From positions 124,001-188,000 of IMG/VR virus record IMGVR_UViG_3300024336_000005: a stretch of 64,000 nucleotides of DNA. One strand, given 5' to 3'. Positions 54,117-64,000 of this stretch are shown one piece after another. Below the pieces are notes generated by a model that saw only the letters and a program-made list of their open reading frames with translations, had not been told where the DNA came from and did not search any database. Position 1 is the stretch's first letter; the number at the start of each line of letters is the position of its first letter. The translations under genes were made by a program, and so were the position numbers.

Positions 54117-54902
54117 ATGGGTGATAAGAAAAATAAAGCTCTCGGACGTAAGGTCCGTAACAGGGACATTGCACGCATTGATGAATGCTGCTTGGCCCTC
54201 AAGACTGGTACCAAAAAAGAAGCCTACGATGCTCAAGAAAAGATCCTAGAATACTTTGACAGCTATCTGGAAAAGTATGTAAATCTATTCTCTGGGGCTA
54301 GCATAGACTTAAGCAACTACGACACCAGAGGCTTCCTCGGGATGTTCCTAACAGGTCGTCCCAAAACTCCTGCCAATTTATCTCATCAACGTTTGTATAT
54401 TGCAAAGGTAATGCAGCGCTTTACTCGCGACGACATCAAGTCTGAGCTAACAGTATTGTTCTTAAATGTATTATCAAAGTATAGAATCGTAGAAGGAGTG
54501 AACGCTTTAAATCCTCTGACGAAGATTTTCAGATGGAGAGTTAAGGATTGGTTCAATAGAGTTGTGAAAGATCCTCTCTTCAAGACAGTAGAGCCCAGAG
54601 GCATTAGTGCCAGCGGGCAGAGGATTAGTCTTGAGGAGTTCATTGATTTGAATTGGCACGTAGAGCCTAACGTAGAAGAGATGGACTTGAGCATGGATCT
54701 GATTTGGACATTGAGTCCTCGTCAGTCTTTCTATGCTGTCCTGAGTAGATATGAGAGATACCTCATCTCCCTTATCTTTGAGAAGAGACTTCCTATTGTC
54801 AAGGTGGCAGACAAGCTGCAGAGAGATAAGGATACGATTAAACGTCACCTACGCGCAGCTCTTAAAAAGCTGGAGGAAAAGATAACGGATGGGGAACGCT
54901 GA
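54117..54902 (+). CDS. RNA polymerase sigma factor-like protein
   Basis: Region 2-like DDIKSE..FLNVL.KY; region 4 HTH LSRYER..VADKLQRDKDTIKRH. Confidence 0.75.
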   Translation: MGDKKNKALGRKVRNRDIARIDECCLALKTGTKKEAYDAQEKILEYFDSYLEKYVNLFSGASIDLSNYDTRGFLGMFLTGRPKTPANLSHQRLYIAKVMQRFTRDDIKSELTVLFLNVLSKYRIVEGVNALNPLTKIFRWRVKDWFNRVVKDPLFKTVEPRGISASGQRISLEEFIDLNWHVEPNVEEMDLSMDLIWTLSPRQSFYAVLSRYERYLISLIFEKRLPIVKVADKLQRDKDTIKRHLRAALKKLEEKITDGER

Positions 54903-55830
54903 AGCACCAGAAGTCGGCTCGCTAGTTCAAGTAGAAAAGAATCTTAGGCTTCGTCATGTCGTTGGACAAGAGGAGGCCGTAAGGAGACTAGCGGGTCTTG
55001 TTGATCGAATCTTGAATGATGATCACTTCTCTGACTGGGCTCTCGATAAGCCAAAGGCCATAGCCTTGACTGGGCCGCCTGGCTGTGGGAAGACCCACTC
55101 AATTAGAGCATTAGCAAATGAAGTTGAATGTCCTTTGATTGAACTGTGCTATGAAGACTTGGCGTCTCATCTGTATGATGAATCGATTGAAAAGTTGGCG
55201 GCGTTTAAGGCTCAGGTGGACGAAGTCTCAAGAGAGCATGGACATGTATTAATTCTTATAGACGAAGCAGACAGCTTCTTTCTATCTAGGTTCGATAGCA
55301 ATGTCCATGCGTCTGACAAGAAGAAGACAAACTTCTTCCTTCGTTGGATTGATGGAGACATGGAGGGCAGCCAGAACTTTACAATGGTTGTCACCTCTAA
55401 TGCGTGGGACTTAATTGACCCTGCCCTTAAGAGGTCTGGGCGCTTTACTGAGATCAAGTATCACAAGCTAAAGCCCGAGCATATAAAAGAAGCCCTGCAA
55501 GTTCATATTGAACTCGCTGAGTCTAAGGCTGGTAGGAAGATGTTCGCTCCCTTGGAGGGAGACTTCGCATTGCCGGCAACAGTTACTGGGGCTGACATCA
55601 AAGAGATCGTGGCAGAAGTGCTACTGCAGAAGGCCAATGAGTTTCTTCCTCTGTATAGACTGAAGATGGATGGTCAAGACGTTAATATTACATACGGAAA
55701 GGATTCGTTAATTCATCCTGATGATGTGTACGCTGCGGCATTTAAAATTGCCAATAGTATGAATCAGGAGAAGAGGAGTGTGGGGTTTGGACGGAGCAGA
55801 ACTGAATGTGCTGAACATTATAAAGCGTGA
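54889..55830 (+). CDS. AAA+ ATPase (FtsH/CDC48/proteasome clade)
   Basis: GPPGCGKT, LIDEAD, IDPALKRSGRF, TGADI. Confidence 0.9.
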   Translation: MGNAEAPEVGSLVQVEKNLRLRHVVGQEEAVRRLAGLVDRILNDDHFSDWALDKPKAIALTGPPGCGKTHSIRALANEVECPLIELCYEDLASHLYDESIEKLAAFKAQVDEVSREHGHVLILIDEADSFFLSRFDSNVHASDKKKTNFFLRWIDGDMEGSQNFTMVVTSNAWDLIDPALKRSGRFTEIKYHKLKPEHIKEALQVHIELAESKAGRKMFAPLEGDFALPATVTGADIKEIVAEVLLQKANEFLPLYRLKMDGQDVNITYGKDSLIHPDDVYAAAFKIANSMNQEKRSVGFGRSRTECAEHYKA

Positions 55831-56863
55831 GATTACTCGCCCTAGGCATCCTAGAGCTAGAAGAAATCCTACGTTTTATCCTTCATCAGCCTCGGCAGTA
55901 ACACCAGAGGGACATGTCCTTGGTGGTTGCTGGAGATCAGATTGGTATAGAATCCACAACGTGGTTCCTACCAATGAATCTGAATTGTACATGCATATGA
56001 TTTGGCACTTGGGTCGCGCCATAGAGAGCAAGCTCATTGATGCAATGAAGTGTGCTGGCATCTATGAAAATGATGGAGTCAAGTTCTACGACCCTAAGCA
56101 TAATGTTTCTGGCGAGCTAGATATCGTTGGGCGATATCGTCGCAAGGACCAATCAATTGGCTACTATGGAATAGAGGTCAAGAGTGTTTATGGCATTGGT
56201 GTTAGCAAGACTATCATGGGGAGGTCCCGTGCATGGCGTGGGCAGAAGGCGTTTGATCCCTTTCCGAAAGAGTCAAACATCATGCAGACCATGGTCTATT
56301 TAGACCAGTTCTCCAAGGAGCATGGCGACGGCTACCACCTAGAGTTCTTTAAGCTTGTGTACATGCCAAGAGATAAGCCTAATGATGGACGAGAGTATAC
56401 TGTTCGCCTAGTTACAAAGGCTGATCTTGACAGTGTGCTGCTTGCAAAGTATGGCCCTAAGATGAAGGACGGGGAAAGGTACGCTCAGGTTGAGACCGAT
56501 GGCTTCTCTACTAAGATAGAGGTAAGATTCAGTCTCGAAGATATGTACTCTCGTTGGCTGGAAGAGAAGGAGATGTTCAAGCAGAATGTTATTCCCGTGC
56601 GACCATACAAGAAGTTCTACTCACCGGAAGAGATTGACAGCTATAAGGCAGCAGGAATGGTTTCCAAAACCATGTTCGAAGCCTGGGAGAAAGCAGGTAA
56701 GCCCAAGTCTTCATTGGATAAAACTCCTGGACATTTCCTATGTAAAAGTTATTGTGACTACAGAGATTTCTGTTATGACAGACTTGGACAGCCAAGGAAA
56801 GAAGCTGACATGGTCGGACTAGTTCAAATTGCCGACCCCAAAGAGGAGGTAGAAAATGCCTGA
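55778..56863 (+). CDS. Cas4-like Fe-S exonuclease
   Basis: GCWR, GELDI, IEVKS, QTMVY, CKSYCDYRDFC. Confidence 0.8.
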   Translation: MWGLDGAELNVLNIIKREITRPRHPRARRNPTFYPSSASAVTPEGHVLGGCWRSDWYRIHNVVPTNESELYMHMIWHLGRAIESKLIDAMKCAGIYENDGVKFYDPKHNVSGELDIVGRYRRKDQSIGYYGIEVKSVYGIGVSKTIMGRSRAWRGQKAFDPFPKESNIMQTMVYLDQFSKEHGDGYHLEFFKLVYMPRDKPNDGREYTVRLVTKADLDSVLLAKYGPKMKDGERYAQVETDGFSTKIEVRFSLEDMYSRWLEEKEMFKQNVIPVRPYKKFYSPEEIDSYKAAGMVSKTMFEAWEKAGKPKSSLDKTPGHFLCKSYCDYRDFCYDRLGQPRKEADMVGLVQIADPKEEVENA

Positions 56864-57449
56864 AGAGAAGAAGGCGCCCCGTAGAGGACGCCCCAAGAAG
56901 ACTGAAGAAGTTGTTGAGCCTGTAGTCGTACAGTCCGAAGAGTCCGCTGATGAAGTTGATAAGAGGATGGTGCCCAGAGATAGGGAGGAGGATAGGGTTG
57001 CCCCTATTAACTTCGGACCTGTTGGTCCTCGTATGGGCGTCGAGGTGTTTCTTCCGAAGGGAGATGTTGGCTTTAAGTTTACCAACTCCTCAAGCGATCA
57101 GGTTGTATCCTTCGAACCTCCTGTTGCCGTTAGGGTAACTAAAGAGGGAGGCACCTATAATAAGCTCGAGTTCTTTTACGAGACTGCCGCAGTGCCTTAT
57201 AGTCGCTTCGACAATAAGAACTTCCTCTTGATCACTCACAAGAATCCAGAGACTGGAAATCCTGTTGGACGCATCTATCGTAAGATAGTTTGCTCTGGGC
57301 GATTCTACACTTCTCTGAAGCAGATTCCTAATGTGAGACTAGTTAAGTTTGTGTGCTACACACAAGCTAAAGAACACTTTAACGATGGGACAGACAAGAA
57401 TACCCCTAAGCATATGCCGGGGCTTGCTGCTCCCTACGTAAGGAGATAG
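56856..57449 (+). CDS. hypothetical protein
   Basis: RBS GAGGAGG; AT-hook-like RRGRPKK. Confidence 0.65.
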   Translation: MPEEKKAPRRGRPKKTEEVVEPVVVQSEESADEVDKRMVPRDREEDRVAPINFGPVGPRMGVEVFLPKGDVGFKFTNSSSDQVVSFEPPVAVRVTKEGGTYNKLEFFYETAAVPYSRFDNKNFLLITHKNPETGNPVGRIYRKIVCSGRFYTSLKQIPNVRLVKFVCYTQAKEHFNDGTDKNTPKHMPGLAAPYVRR

Positions 57450-57451
57450 CC

Positions 57452-57655
57452 ATGAAGAAAGTTGTTGGCTACTATACCTTGGCTCGAAACGAAAGTATCG
57501 ATCTTCCTCACGATGCACACATCATTGAATCTCGGGTAGACCATAATGGTGTTGCTACGGTCCTTGTTTCATATATGGAATATGAGACCGAAGCTGAGAT
57601 TCCTGTGCCAGGTGGATGGGGAGCCCCACCTCTTATCCCTGTCTCCTCTACTTAA
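57452..57655 (+). CDS. hypothetical protein
   Basis: RBS AAGGAG; last + strand gene before the convergence point. Confidence 0.5.
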   Translation: MKKVVGYYTLARNESIDLPHDAHIIESRVDHNGVATVLVSYMEYETEAEIPVPGGWGAPPLIPVSST

Positions 57656-57867
57656 ACAATAGCCGCCAACGCGGCTTCCGCGACTGTAAGCCTTGCTTTA
57701 GTCGTTACCATCTCCGCCTCCACGGCGTTGAGATCGGTTTCCAAAAGAAGAGTAGCTGCATTAAACTGTGTTGTGCTGATACTGTTCCTGACCAGCTTTT
57801 CTAGCTGGTCTATGCGTACTAACGCCGCATTCAATGCGGTTTCCAATTCTGTGTTAGTTAGTGCCAT
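57652..57867 (-). CDS. small coiled-coil protein
   Basis: 71 aa; coupled to the upstream gene. Confidence 0.6.
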   Translation of the reverse strand: MALTNTELETALNAALVRIDQLEKLVRNSISTTQFNAATLLLETDLNAVEAEMVTTKARLTVAEAALAAIV

Positions 57868-58169
57868 TACACCCCCTCCCCTTTATCAATAGCTTTGTCT
57901 GATTCCTGGTCTGATGTTGTATCCCCTATATTCCCTTTTAATTTTAGAGCAGTCCTTGGGATTGCGACACGGGCTACTGATATACCTATATAGCCTAGGG
58001 CTATGGTTACAATCGAAGATGCGATTGTTTCAAAAATTCCCACACCCCAACCGAAAATAGAATACGAAATTCCTATTGTACTGATAAGTACTATTCCTAT
58101 TAGAGCTAACAAAAACTTACGACTTAAGTATCCATTGTCATTATGGTAGTCTTTTTCGGTGAGGGCCAT
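57867..58169 (-). CDS. holin-like membrane protein (2 TM)
   Basis: LSRKFLL followed by two hydrophobic helices. Confidence 0.5.
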   Translation of the reverse strand: MALTEKDYHNDNGYLSRKFLLALIGIVLISTIGISYSIFGWGVGIFETIASSIVTIALGYIGISVARVAIPRTALKLKGNIGDTTSDQESDKAIDKGEGV

Positions 58170-58175
58170 TTTTAT

Positions 58176-58529
58176 TTATTCCTCGGACGCCGGGGTATCC
58201 TCAGCTTTGGCTGGGTGTTCTACCTTTGGCTTGCGGGTTCTTCTCTTGGGAGCCTTCTCTTCGAGAGGCTCTTTCTCAACAGGGGGTAATGGTTTAGGTG
58301 CTTCTTTGAGAGGCTCCTCTCTTTCGTGCTCAGGCTTTGGCCGCAGTTCCTTGTCGTCTGGAATGGGGCGTTCGAGCTTAGGTTCTGGGGCGGGCGCTGC
58401 CGGTGCAGGCGCCGCTTCCACAGGTAGGGCTGGCTCTACTGCCCATGTACCACGTCTCCATTTTCTTTGCTTCTGTGGTGACCTGGGGGCAAATCCTCTG
58501 CCAACTCTGCTTACATTTTTAGTACTCAT
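58176..58529 (-). CDS. Pro/Glu/Lys-rich low-complexity protein
   Basis: RBS AAGGAG; PAPAAPAPEPK. Confidence 0.6.
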   Translation of the reverse strand: MSTKNVSRVGRGFAPRSPQKQRKWRRGTWAVEPALPVEAAPAPAAPAPEPKLERPIPDDKELRPKPEHEREEPLKEAPKPLPPVEKEPLEEKAPKRRTRKPKVEHPAKAEDTPASEE

Positions 58530-58538
58530 CTTTTCTCC

Positions 58539-60821
58539 TTAAATTACTTGAAAGTCGATTACAATTATTGGGTCGGCTCCATCGATGATGTCAAATGCAG
58601 GTGTGACCGCATTGAAGATGCTCGGCTCTATGTCGAATCCAGTCGTCAGCTTATTCCTGACCTTTAGTGTATAGGTTGCAGTTGAATCGTAACCAGTGGT
58701 CACTGTGTAGTTGGCGTGACCCAAGGCAGTCTCAAAGACTACCTTCAGGATGCCCGTTCCCACAGTCCAAGTAGAACCTGCAGTTACGTCAACGTTGAAG
58801 AGGTCTGAAGTATCAATTGCGGAAATGTTGTGAGTGCCCTTTGATGGATCAACCGAGATCATCCCCTTTGACTTAACAACGTTATCCTTGTAAACCCTAT
58901 ATGGGTCAGGTCCTCCTACGCCGCCGTATGTAACACCATCATCATGAGGCGCCCAACCGGTTGGGGAGAAGGCTGCTGCCGTGCAAACAAGCCCATCAGC
59001 GTCTGCTGTTGCTGGGCCCTGCCATGTATTGTCAGCGAAAAGGCTTTCAAGGTACTTGAATGAACCAATCTCTCCATCACCGCCAATGGTCACATTCGCT
59101 GTATAAGTCCCGGCGCCTTCTGCGCTTGTGATGCTAGGACCATGATTGAAGGTCAGGCCTGTAATCCAAGCTGCATTGGTTGCATGGAACTCAATCCCTC
59201 CCCCGCCAGAAATAATCTTTGCAGCATCTACCCCATATAAATAAGCATCATTAGTTGCCTTTACGAGCGCAGAAGAATTAGACCCCTGAGCATCCACAAG
59301 GATGCTGTTGGCAGCCCCGATGGTTTTGATTCTTGAATTGGCACCAGTTCCTGATGCCGTCCGAGTGAAGATTCCTAAAGCTGTAGGATCACTAATCGTC
59401 TCAACCAAAGAGCCTAGCGTCAGGTCTACAGTCATGCCATTGCCGGCGTTGATGTCGACAACGCCTGAGCCAGAGCTTATTCTTGCAAATGTTCCAGCAT
59501 CTAGTGTAATGAAGTCCCCTCCCGTTGTATCAATCAGGAAGTCATCTGTCGTTATGCTAGAGCCTGCTGCGCCAACCATGAGCAATGAAGCCCATGCATC
59601 GATGGTCAGGTTTCCACTAATGGTATTGCTGATGGTAAGTTGGTGTGGGGCTGTCAGAAATGAATGAGCCCCAACGGAATCCTCTGAATATAGAGAGACG
59701 TGAGGCAGCCCGCCATTTGCTATGGTCTGCCTGCCTATAAAGATGCCTCCATATCTGGGGTCTGCCGTTGCAGTCTGCTTGCCAATGAAGAGCTCGTCCG
59801 TCTCGTCTTGACCTGACCCTCTGGTCATACGAAGCTCTAGCAGATCTGTCGCAGGGGCTGCTCCACCTGTCGCGAATAGGCTCTGCGTATACTCCGTCCC
59901 ACTGACCTCATCATTCTCATACCACATGGACATGAAGTTGAGAGTTCCCGCATCTCCTGTTCCTGCAAATACAGGTCCAGTCCAGGTGAGTAGTCCGTCG
60001 ATATTTATTGCTGGGTCAACAGATTGGACAGGCACTGAAATTTGTACGGGGTTTATTGCTACCGTGCTTATGGTGTTCCCATTGTTATAGGCAGTCTGAA
60101 GGGTAGCTACTCCTCCTAGTCCAAGCATCGCTGTATCCAGCGCCCCTAGCGCTGTGAGGATATCGGTGCTACCTACCATGTAAGTAGAGCCAGATATCTC
60201 TAGCCTTGTGGAGATGTCCCTGAAGGTGTTTATCTCTGCTTCTGTTCCTATCTGATGCTTAACGTCTAGGATTCTTTCTGCGAGAGAGTAGGTAGATGCA
60301 ACTGGAGCGCCAGCAAAGTGCACCGTGTTGAACGTTCCACCTGCTCCTATGTTGTCTGGGTCCCAAGTCTCACCGGCCAATTGAATGATCCAGTTCCTTA
60401 GCTGTGTGTCATCATAGGCTGCGTTGTTCGCGTTGACCTCGTTCAAGAGGTCCTCTACTCTCCCCACCCTACCGAATAGACTCTGATATGAGTCCAGTAC
60501 TACTTCCTTAATTGTTCTAGGACGTGTACCGTTATGAAGCAATCCCCCAAACTCTTGTGGTCGTGAAGTCTGGTCCATGTATACCTGTGAACCATCTAGT
60601 CCGTTAGTGATAGGATCTATCTTAGCGTTCCTATCTCCTATGGATCTTTGTTCCCTTCCTTGGGGAAGTGATGCTAGCAGGGGGTATAGTGCGCCGTTCC
60701 ACTGAGCGGTAATCTCGTTCAGGTCGGTTATGATCTCTTGGAAGGACTCTTGTAGAGCCTCCCTGTCCTCAAGGTCTGCCCTGACGACACCTACTGGACG
60801 AAGTTCTCTTAGTTCGCTCAT
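58539..60821 (-). CDS. probable virion/tail fibre-like protein
   Basis: 760 aa, Gly/Thr/Ala-rich beta-type C-terminal half. Confidence 0.55.
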   Translation of the reverse strand: MSELRELRPVGVVRADLEDREALQESFQEIITDLNEITAQWNGALYPLLASLPQGREQRSIGDRNAKIDPITNGLDGSQVYMDQTSRPQEFGGLLHNGTRPRTIKEVVLDSYQSLFGRVGRVEDLLNEVNANNAAYDDTQLRNWIIQLAGETWDPDNIGAGGTFNTVHFAGAPVASTYSLAERILDVKHQIGTEAEINTFRDISTRLEISGSTYMVGSTDILTALGALDTAMLGLGGVATLQTAYNNGNTISTVAINPVQISVPVQSVDPAINIDGLLTWTGPVFAGTGDAGTLNFMSMWYENDEVSGTEYTQSLFATGGAAPATDLLELRMTRGSGQDETDELFIGKQTATADPRYGGIFIGRQTIANGGLPHVSLYSEDSVGAHSFLTAPHQLTISNTISGNLTIDAWASLLMVGAAGSSITTDDFLIDTTGGDFITLDAGTFARISSGSGVVDINAGNGMTVDLTLGSLVETISDPTALGIFTRTASGTGANSRIKTIGAANSILVDAQGSNSSALVKATNDAYLYGVDAAKIISGGGGIEFHATNAAWITGLTFNHGPSITSAEGAGTYTANVTIGGDGEIGSFKYLESLFADNTWQGPATADADGLVCTAAAFSPTGWAPHDDGVTYGGVGGPDPYRVYKDNVVKSKGMISVDPSKGTHNISAIDTSDLFNVDVTAGSTWTVGTGILKVVFETALGHANYTVTTGYDSTATYTLKVRNKLTTGFDIEPSIFNAVTPAFDIIDGADPIIVIDFQVI

Positions 60822-60824
60822 TTG

Positions 60825-62978
60825 TTACTCCGCGATCTTGATTTCATAACCATCCAATGAAGCACTTCTTCTTGGGTTGGTTGTTCTAAAAATTGCTTTG
60901 AAGACAAGACCTTCAGCAAAGGCTGCGGTCTTTGAGACTAGCTCAAACTGTTCTCTAGGTAGCTCTGCGTTTAGCTGTGCCCACTTGACTGCCACTCTGT
61001 TGACTACACCACCTATGCCGTCGTCTCCTCGGACGATTGCAAACTTTAAGTAGTCCTGGCTGTCTGCAGCTTCAAGGTCTGTGTTCCCAACTCTTTGTAC
61101 AAGTTGTCCTGCATACCTTGCGACACCACGGTACTGCTGTCTTGCTACATCTTGATCGAAATTAGTATTGTAGTCAAGGCCTTCAATCAAAAGCTTATGA
61201 TTGTAAGGATACAGTGGATCAATAACATTGTACCCGGCTGTAACCGTTGGTGCTCCTGTTAGAGCTACGGTAAATCCATTGGTTCCATATACTGTTGAAG
61301 TCCCACCAAACTGTCCTGTAAGTTCGTCAAAGGTCGAGACTCCCATTAGTCCCTCAAGAGAATGCCAGTTCTCTCCTAGGACCTTGACGTAATGAATCCC
61401 CTCCGAAAGCCTTGCTCTCCCCGTTAGCCTAACTCCATCAACCCAGATTGGACGTGGGCCAAAATCAAACTCCTGCCCTCCCACCTGATCGATGTAAGCA
61501 TAAGTATTGTAGTGAGTCCCATCGAAGTTCCATCCGTCCTCTACGACTGTATTGTCTGCCTGCCTGATGGAGTAGTATCTATTGTTCTTCCCTACGTTCC
61601 TCCATACCTCAACCATGTCACTTGCCACTGCATCTTCTAATACATAGGTAGCAGCTATATCATCGCCAGGGAATGCTGGCGCTGTTGTATCTATAAGGGT
61701 CTCAGTGGTGGCTCTAGAGACGGCGTCCACCTCTGCGATCAGTGCGCCTGAGTTCTCTTCTCTGCTTAGAGGGATGATCCTTTGGAAGTCACCCTCTGTG
61801 AGGGTGTTATCTAAGAAGGCAATAAAGTATTCAATGTCCGTGTCAGGCTCGCGGTGCTCACATGCTATCGAAAGGGAGGCCTTGGTGAACTGCTTTCTGG
61901 TTCCATCTTCCTTGAGGACGATGTGTTGTTCTGATACGAGCTCACTCTCTGCGAGGTAGACGTTGCCTACCTCTGCAATCATAAGAGTCTTGATTCCAAA
62001 CTGGTGGATGAAGTTATCTTCTTGGTCCAGGTTGATGTGAGTATCTCTTGTGAGGATGATCCTTAGGAATCTGAACTCTAGTCCCTCTACCATATAGATG
62101 GTTGGGCCATTGACTCTTCGGGTTGGGTCAGCTACCGGGATGTCGTTCCAGGTGATGCCATCCTTAGAAGATTGGATTAAAACCAGGAGGGAGTTGTTTG
62201 TGATGTGCGGGTCGAGGATGAGCTTGTATGTCTTGAGAAATTCCCTCGTTGGAGGGATGACGCTCTGGAAGTCGATCCTTACTTCGATCCCTACCTGTCC
62301 TGGAACGGTGGAGGTCAGCTGGTACATCCATGGTCTATCTGATGGAGTTAGCATGTCCACGAGCCTTGAGTCTCTCGTGGCCGATGCTGCAGTAGTCTGT
62401 GGGCTCAGGGGTGTAACAGTGATTCCCCCGACGTCTATGTCCTCGAAGTCCAGTGCATCTACTACCTCTAGCTCATCATTCCTAAAGTACTTTGAGTGCA
62501 CAGAGTGACCGTCTAGGTCAACGAATGCTGTGGTCCTATCCATGTCAATTAGAGTTGTCTCTTCGAAGTTGTCGCTTACTATGTTAAGTAGGCCGCCTGT
62601 CTTTTCTGTTGTCAGAAGGAGACGGTTGGCGCGGGAGACGAGGCTCTTTGTCTTCCTCGAGAGCCTATCTAGCTCAAATAGGGCTCGCTCCGTTGAGTCA
62701 CCCAGACCTCGCTCTGCCTCTAAGTAGCTGTTGTATAAGACAAAAAGGTCTCCGACCATCTTCATTGATAGGTCATTAAACTTTGAAGCAGAGGCCTCCT
62801 CTCCGTATTCTACGGACGGCTCAGCTTGAGAGAACTCAGGCAGCGCAAGGTCAAGGTCCTTTGTTCTCAGGTCTATGATACGAAGTATGTCTGACGCTGA
62901 TGGAACTATGCCTTCATGGAGGATCCGAATGATTACCTCTTTCGCTATTGCTCTGATGTGTACATCTGAAATTGTCAC
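60825..62978 (-). CDS. probable baseplate/tail structural protein
   Basis: 717 aa beta-rich ORF in the - strand block. Confidence 0.5.
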   Translation of the reverse strand: MTISDVHIRAIAKEVIIRILHEGIVPSASDILRIIDLRTKDLDLALPEFSQAEPSVEYGEEASASKFNDLSMKMVGDLFVLYNSYLEAERGLGDSTERALFELDRLSRKTKSLVSRANRLLLTTEKTGGLLNIVSDNFEETTLIDMDRTTAFVDLDGHSVHSKYFRNDELEVVDALDFEDIDVGGITVTPLSPQTTAASATRDSRLVDMLTPSDRPWMYQLTSTVPGQVGIEVRIDFQSVIPPTREFLKTYKLILDPHITNNSLLVLIQSSKDGITWNDIPVADPTRRVNGPTIYMVEGLEFRFLRIILTRDTHINLDQEDNFIHQFGIKTLMIAEVGNVYLAESELVSEQHIVLKEDGTRKQFTKASLSIACEHREPDTDIEYFIAFLDNTLTEGDFQRIIPLSREENSGALIAEVDAVSRATTETLIDTTAPAFPGDDIAATYVLEDAVASDMVEVWRNVGKNNRYYSIRQADNTVVEDGWNFDGTHYNTYAYIDQVGGQEFDFGPRPIWVDGVRLTGRARLSEGIHYVKVLGENWHSLEGLMGVSTFDELTGQFGGTSTVYGTNGFTVALTGAPTVTAGYNVIDPLYPYNHKLLIEGLDYNTNFDQDVARQQYRGVARYAGQLVQRVGNTDLEAADSQDYLKFAIVRGDDGIGGVVNRVAVKWAQLNAELPREQFELVSKTAAFAEGLVFKAIFRTTNPRRSASLDGYEIKIAE

Positions 62979-64000
62979 TTATAGACTCTCTAGTGTTCCT
63001 AGACGCGGGTCTAGTCCAATCCCTATGATGGCAAGGTCTCTTAGTACGGGAGTATAGAATCTTTCTACAAGAGTTCCATCAATCTCCCCGGTATCAATTA
63101 TGTTATATCTTACGTGAAGATCAATTCCTCTCTTTATTCTCCTAGAAAGTCCAGAGACTCTGTCAGCAAAGAAGGCTGTTGTCTCGATTGCGTTCCCTTC
63201 TGTCGTATAGTCTGCGCCTTCCTTCAAGACTCTTCCTAGGTCATAGTGAAGTTCGAAAGAAATATAGGAGAACTGAATCCTTCCCGGGAGGAATCCTTGA
63301 TCCGCTGCTGCAATTCCATCTGTCGGAGGAAGGTGAAGTACATTGTCTTCGTAGTCTACTGAGAAGTATCCGAGAAGGCTGCCAACACTTGATCTAATCT
63401 TCTGGAACTCTGCGGCTCCATTGATGAAAGTTATCTCTGTCTCTAGAGTCTTTGAGATTCCTATTGTACCACCAAGGTCGATGCCTTTGATAGAGCCCCT
63501 TACTATGCTGAAGGGTTTTGCTTCTAAGCTCACTCCATCCAGGTCCAAGGTCCTCCCAGGTGTTGCTGCGACAATCTTATGGCTGGTCTTTGCAACTGCA
63601 AGGTCAGACCTTACTTCAATGGCTGCTTCCCTATCTGAGAACTTCCAGTCTGACGTAGGAATAATCTTACGAGTCGTATGGGTGTATGTAAAGGTCAGAT
63701 CGCCTCCTACATTCGGGATCGCCTCACTCAGCCATAGTCTGTTGTTGTCAAAATCAATTGAGAATCTGCCGACTCCAAGGCCTTCGAACTCAAGCTGTCC
63801 GTTCTGAAAAACATCCTCGAATCCATTTAAAATGTAATCAAACTCTGGAGTGCTCAGTGCAGTCTTTGTGATATTTGTGTGTTCCCACGGGATGTCTATA
63901 TAGTTAGCACCTGGGCCGGCCTTCAACGTGTTCTGCTTTAGGGTTAAGTCTCTGAACATTACCCTTGTGCTGTCCTTAACCTTACTTGACTCATACTTGA
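62979..64000 (-). CDS. probable structural protein, truncated by the window edge
   Basis: Frame stays open from 63959 to the window end (KYESSKVKDSTRV-MFRD). Confidence 0.6.
   Translation of the reverse strand, partial: KYESSKVKDSTRVMFRDLTLKQNTLKAGPGANYIDIPWEHTNITKTALSTPEFDYILNGFEDVFQNGQLEFEGLGVGRFSIDFDNNRLWLSEAIPNVGGDLTFTYTHTTRKIIPTSDWKFSDREAAIEVRSDLAVAKTSHKIVAATPGRTLDLDGVSLEAKPFSIVRGSIKGIDLGGTIGISKTLETEITFINGAAEFQKIRSSVGSLLGYFSVDYEDNVLHLPPTDGIAAADQGFLPGRIQFSYISFELHYDLGRVLKEGADYTTEGNAIETTAFFADRVSGLSRRIKRGIDLHVRYNIIDTGEIDGTLVERFYTPVLRDLAIIGIGLDPRLGTLESL

Noticed and set aside
53555-54214. 219 aa - strand ORF
   Set aside because: Antisense shadow of rusA and the promoter; no recognisable motifs
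55778-56863. CRISPR-Cas adaptation locus
   Set aside because: Solo Cas4-like nucleases are common in phages; no cas1, cas2 or array in the window
1-64000. Alternative genetic code
   Set aside because: Conserved enzymes are full length with TAA, TAG and TGA all used as stops; the breaks are explained by introns and inteins

Overview
This looks like a 64 kb segment of a large (jumbo-like) tailed dsDNA bacteriophage using genetic code 11. Bases 1-57655 are almost all + strand and hold: a tRNA/structured-RNA cluster (8 tRNAs), nucleotide metabolism genes (IMPDH/GMPR, NUDIX, class II RNR NrdJ, dUTPase, ThyA, DHFR, PhoH), replication and recombination genes (ligase, RecA, a triply fragmented DnaE, primase-helicase, RusA, Cas4-like nuclease), a sigma factor and cell-wall enzymes. 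Bases 57652-64000 are - strand and probably virion or tail genes. Five things stand out. (1) A complete PRTRC-type ubiquitin-like cassette (Ubl, E2, JAB, E1) sits after a ClpP gene and is translationally coupled to a retron-type reverse transcriptase, which is followed by SpoVG-like and Whirly-like nucleic-acid-binding proteins. (2) The DnaE intein closely resembles the cyanobacterial split DnaE intein, but IntN is still fused to a LAGLIDADG domain and IntC starts in another frame. (3) A dispersed, covarying two-part RNA motif recurs 5-7 times among the tRNAs. (4) One tRNA is interrupted by an HNH ORF with no group I core. (5) There are two group I introns (recA, dnaE) and an HNH gene that appears to have replaced the thyA start. 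All family assignments come from motifs recognised by eye; no database searches were run.
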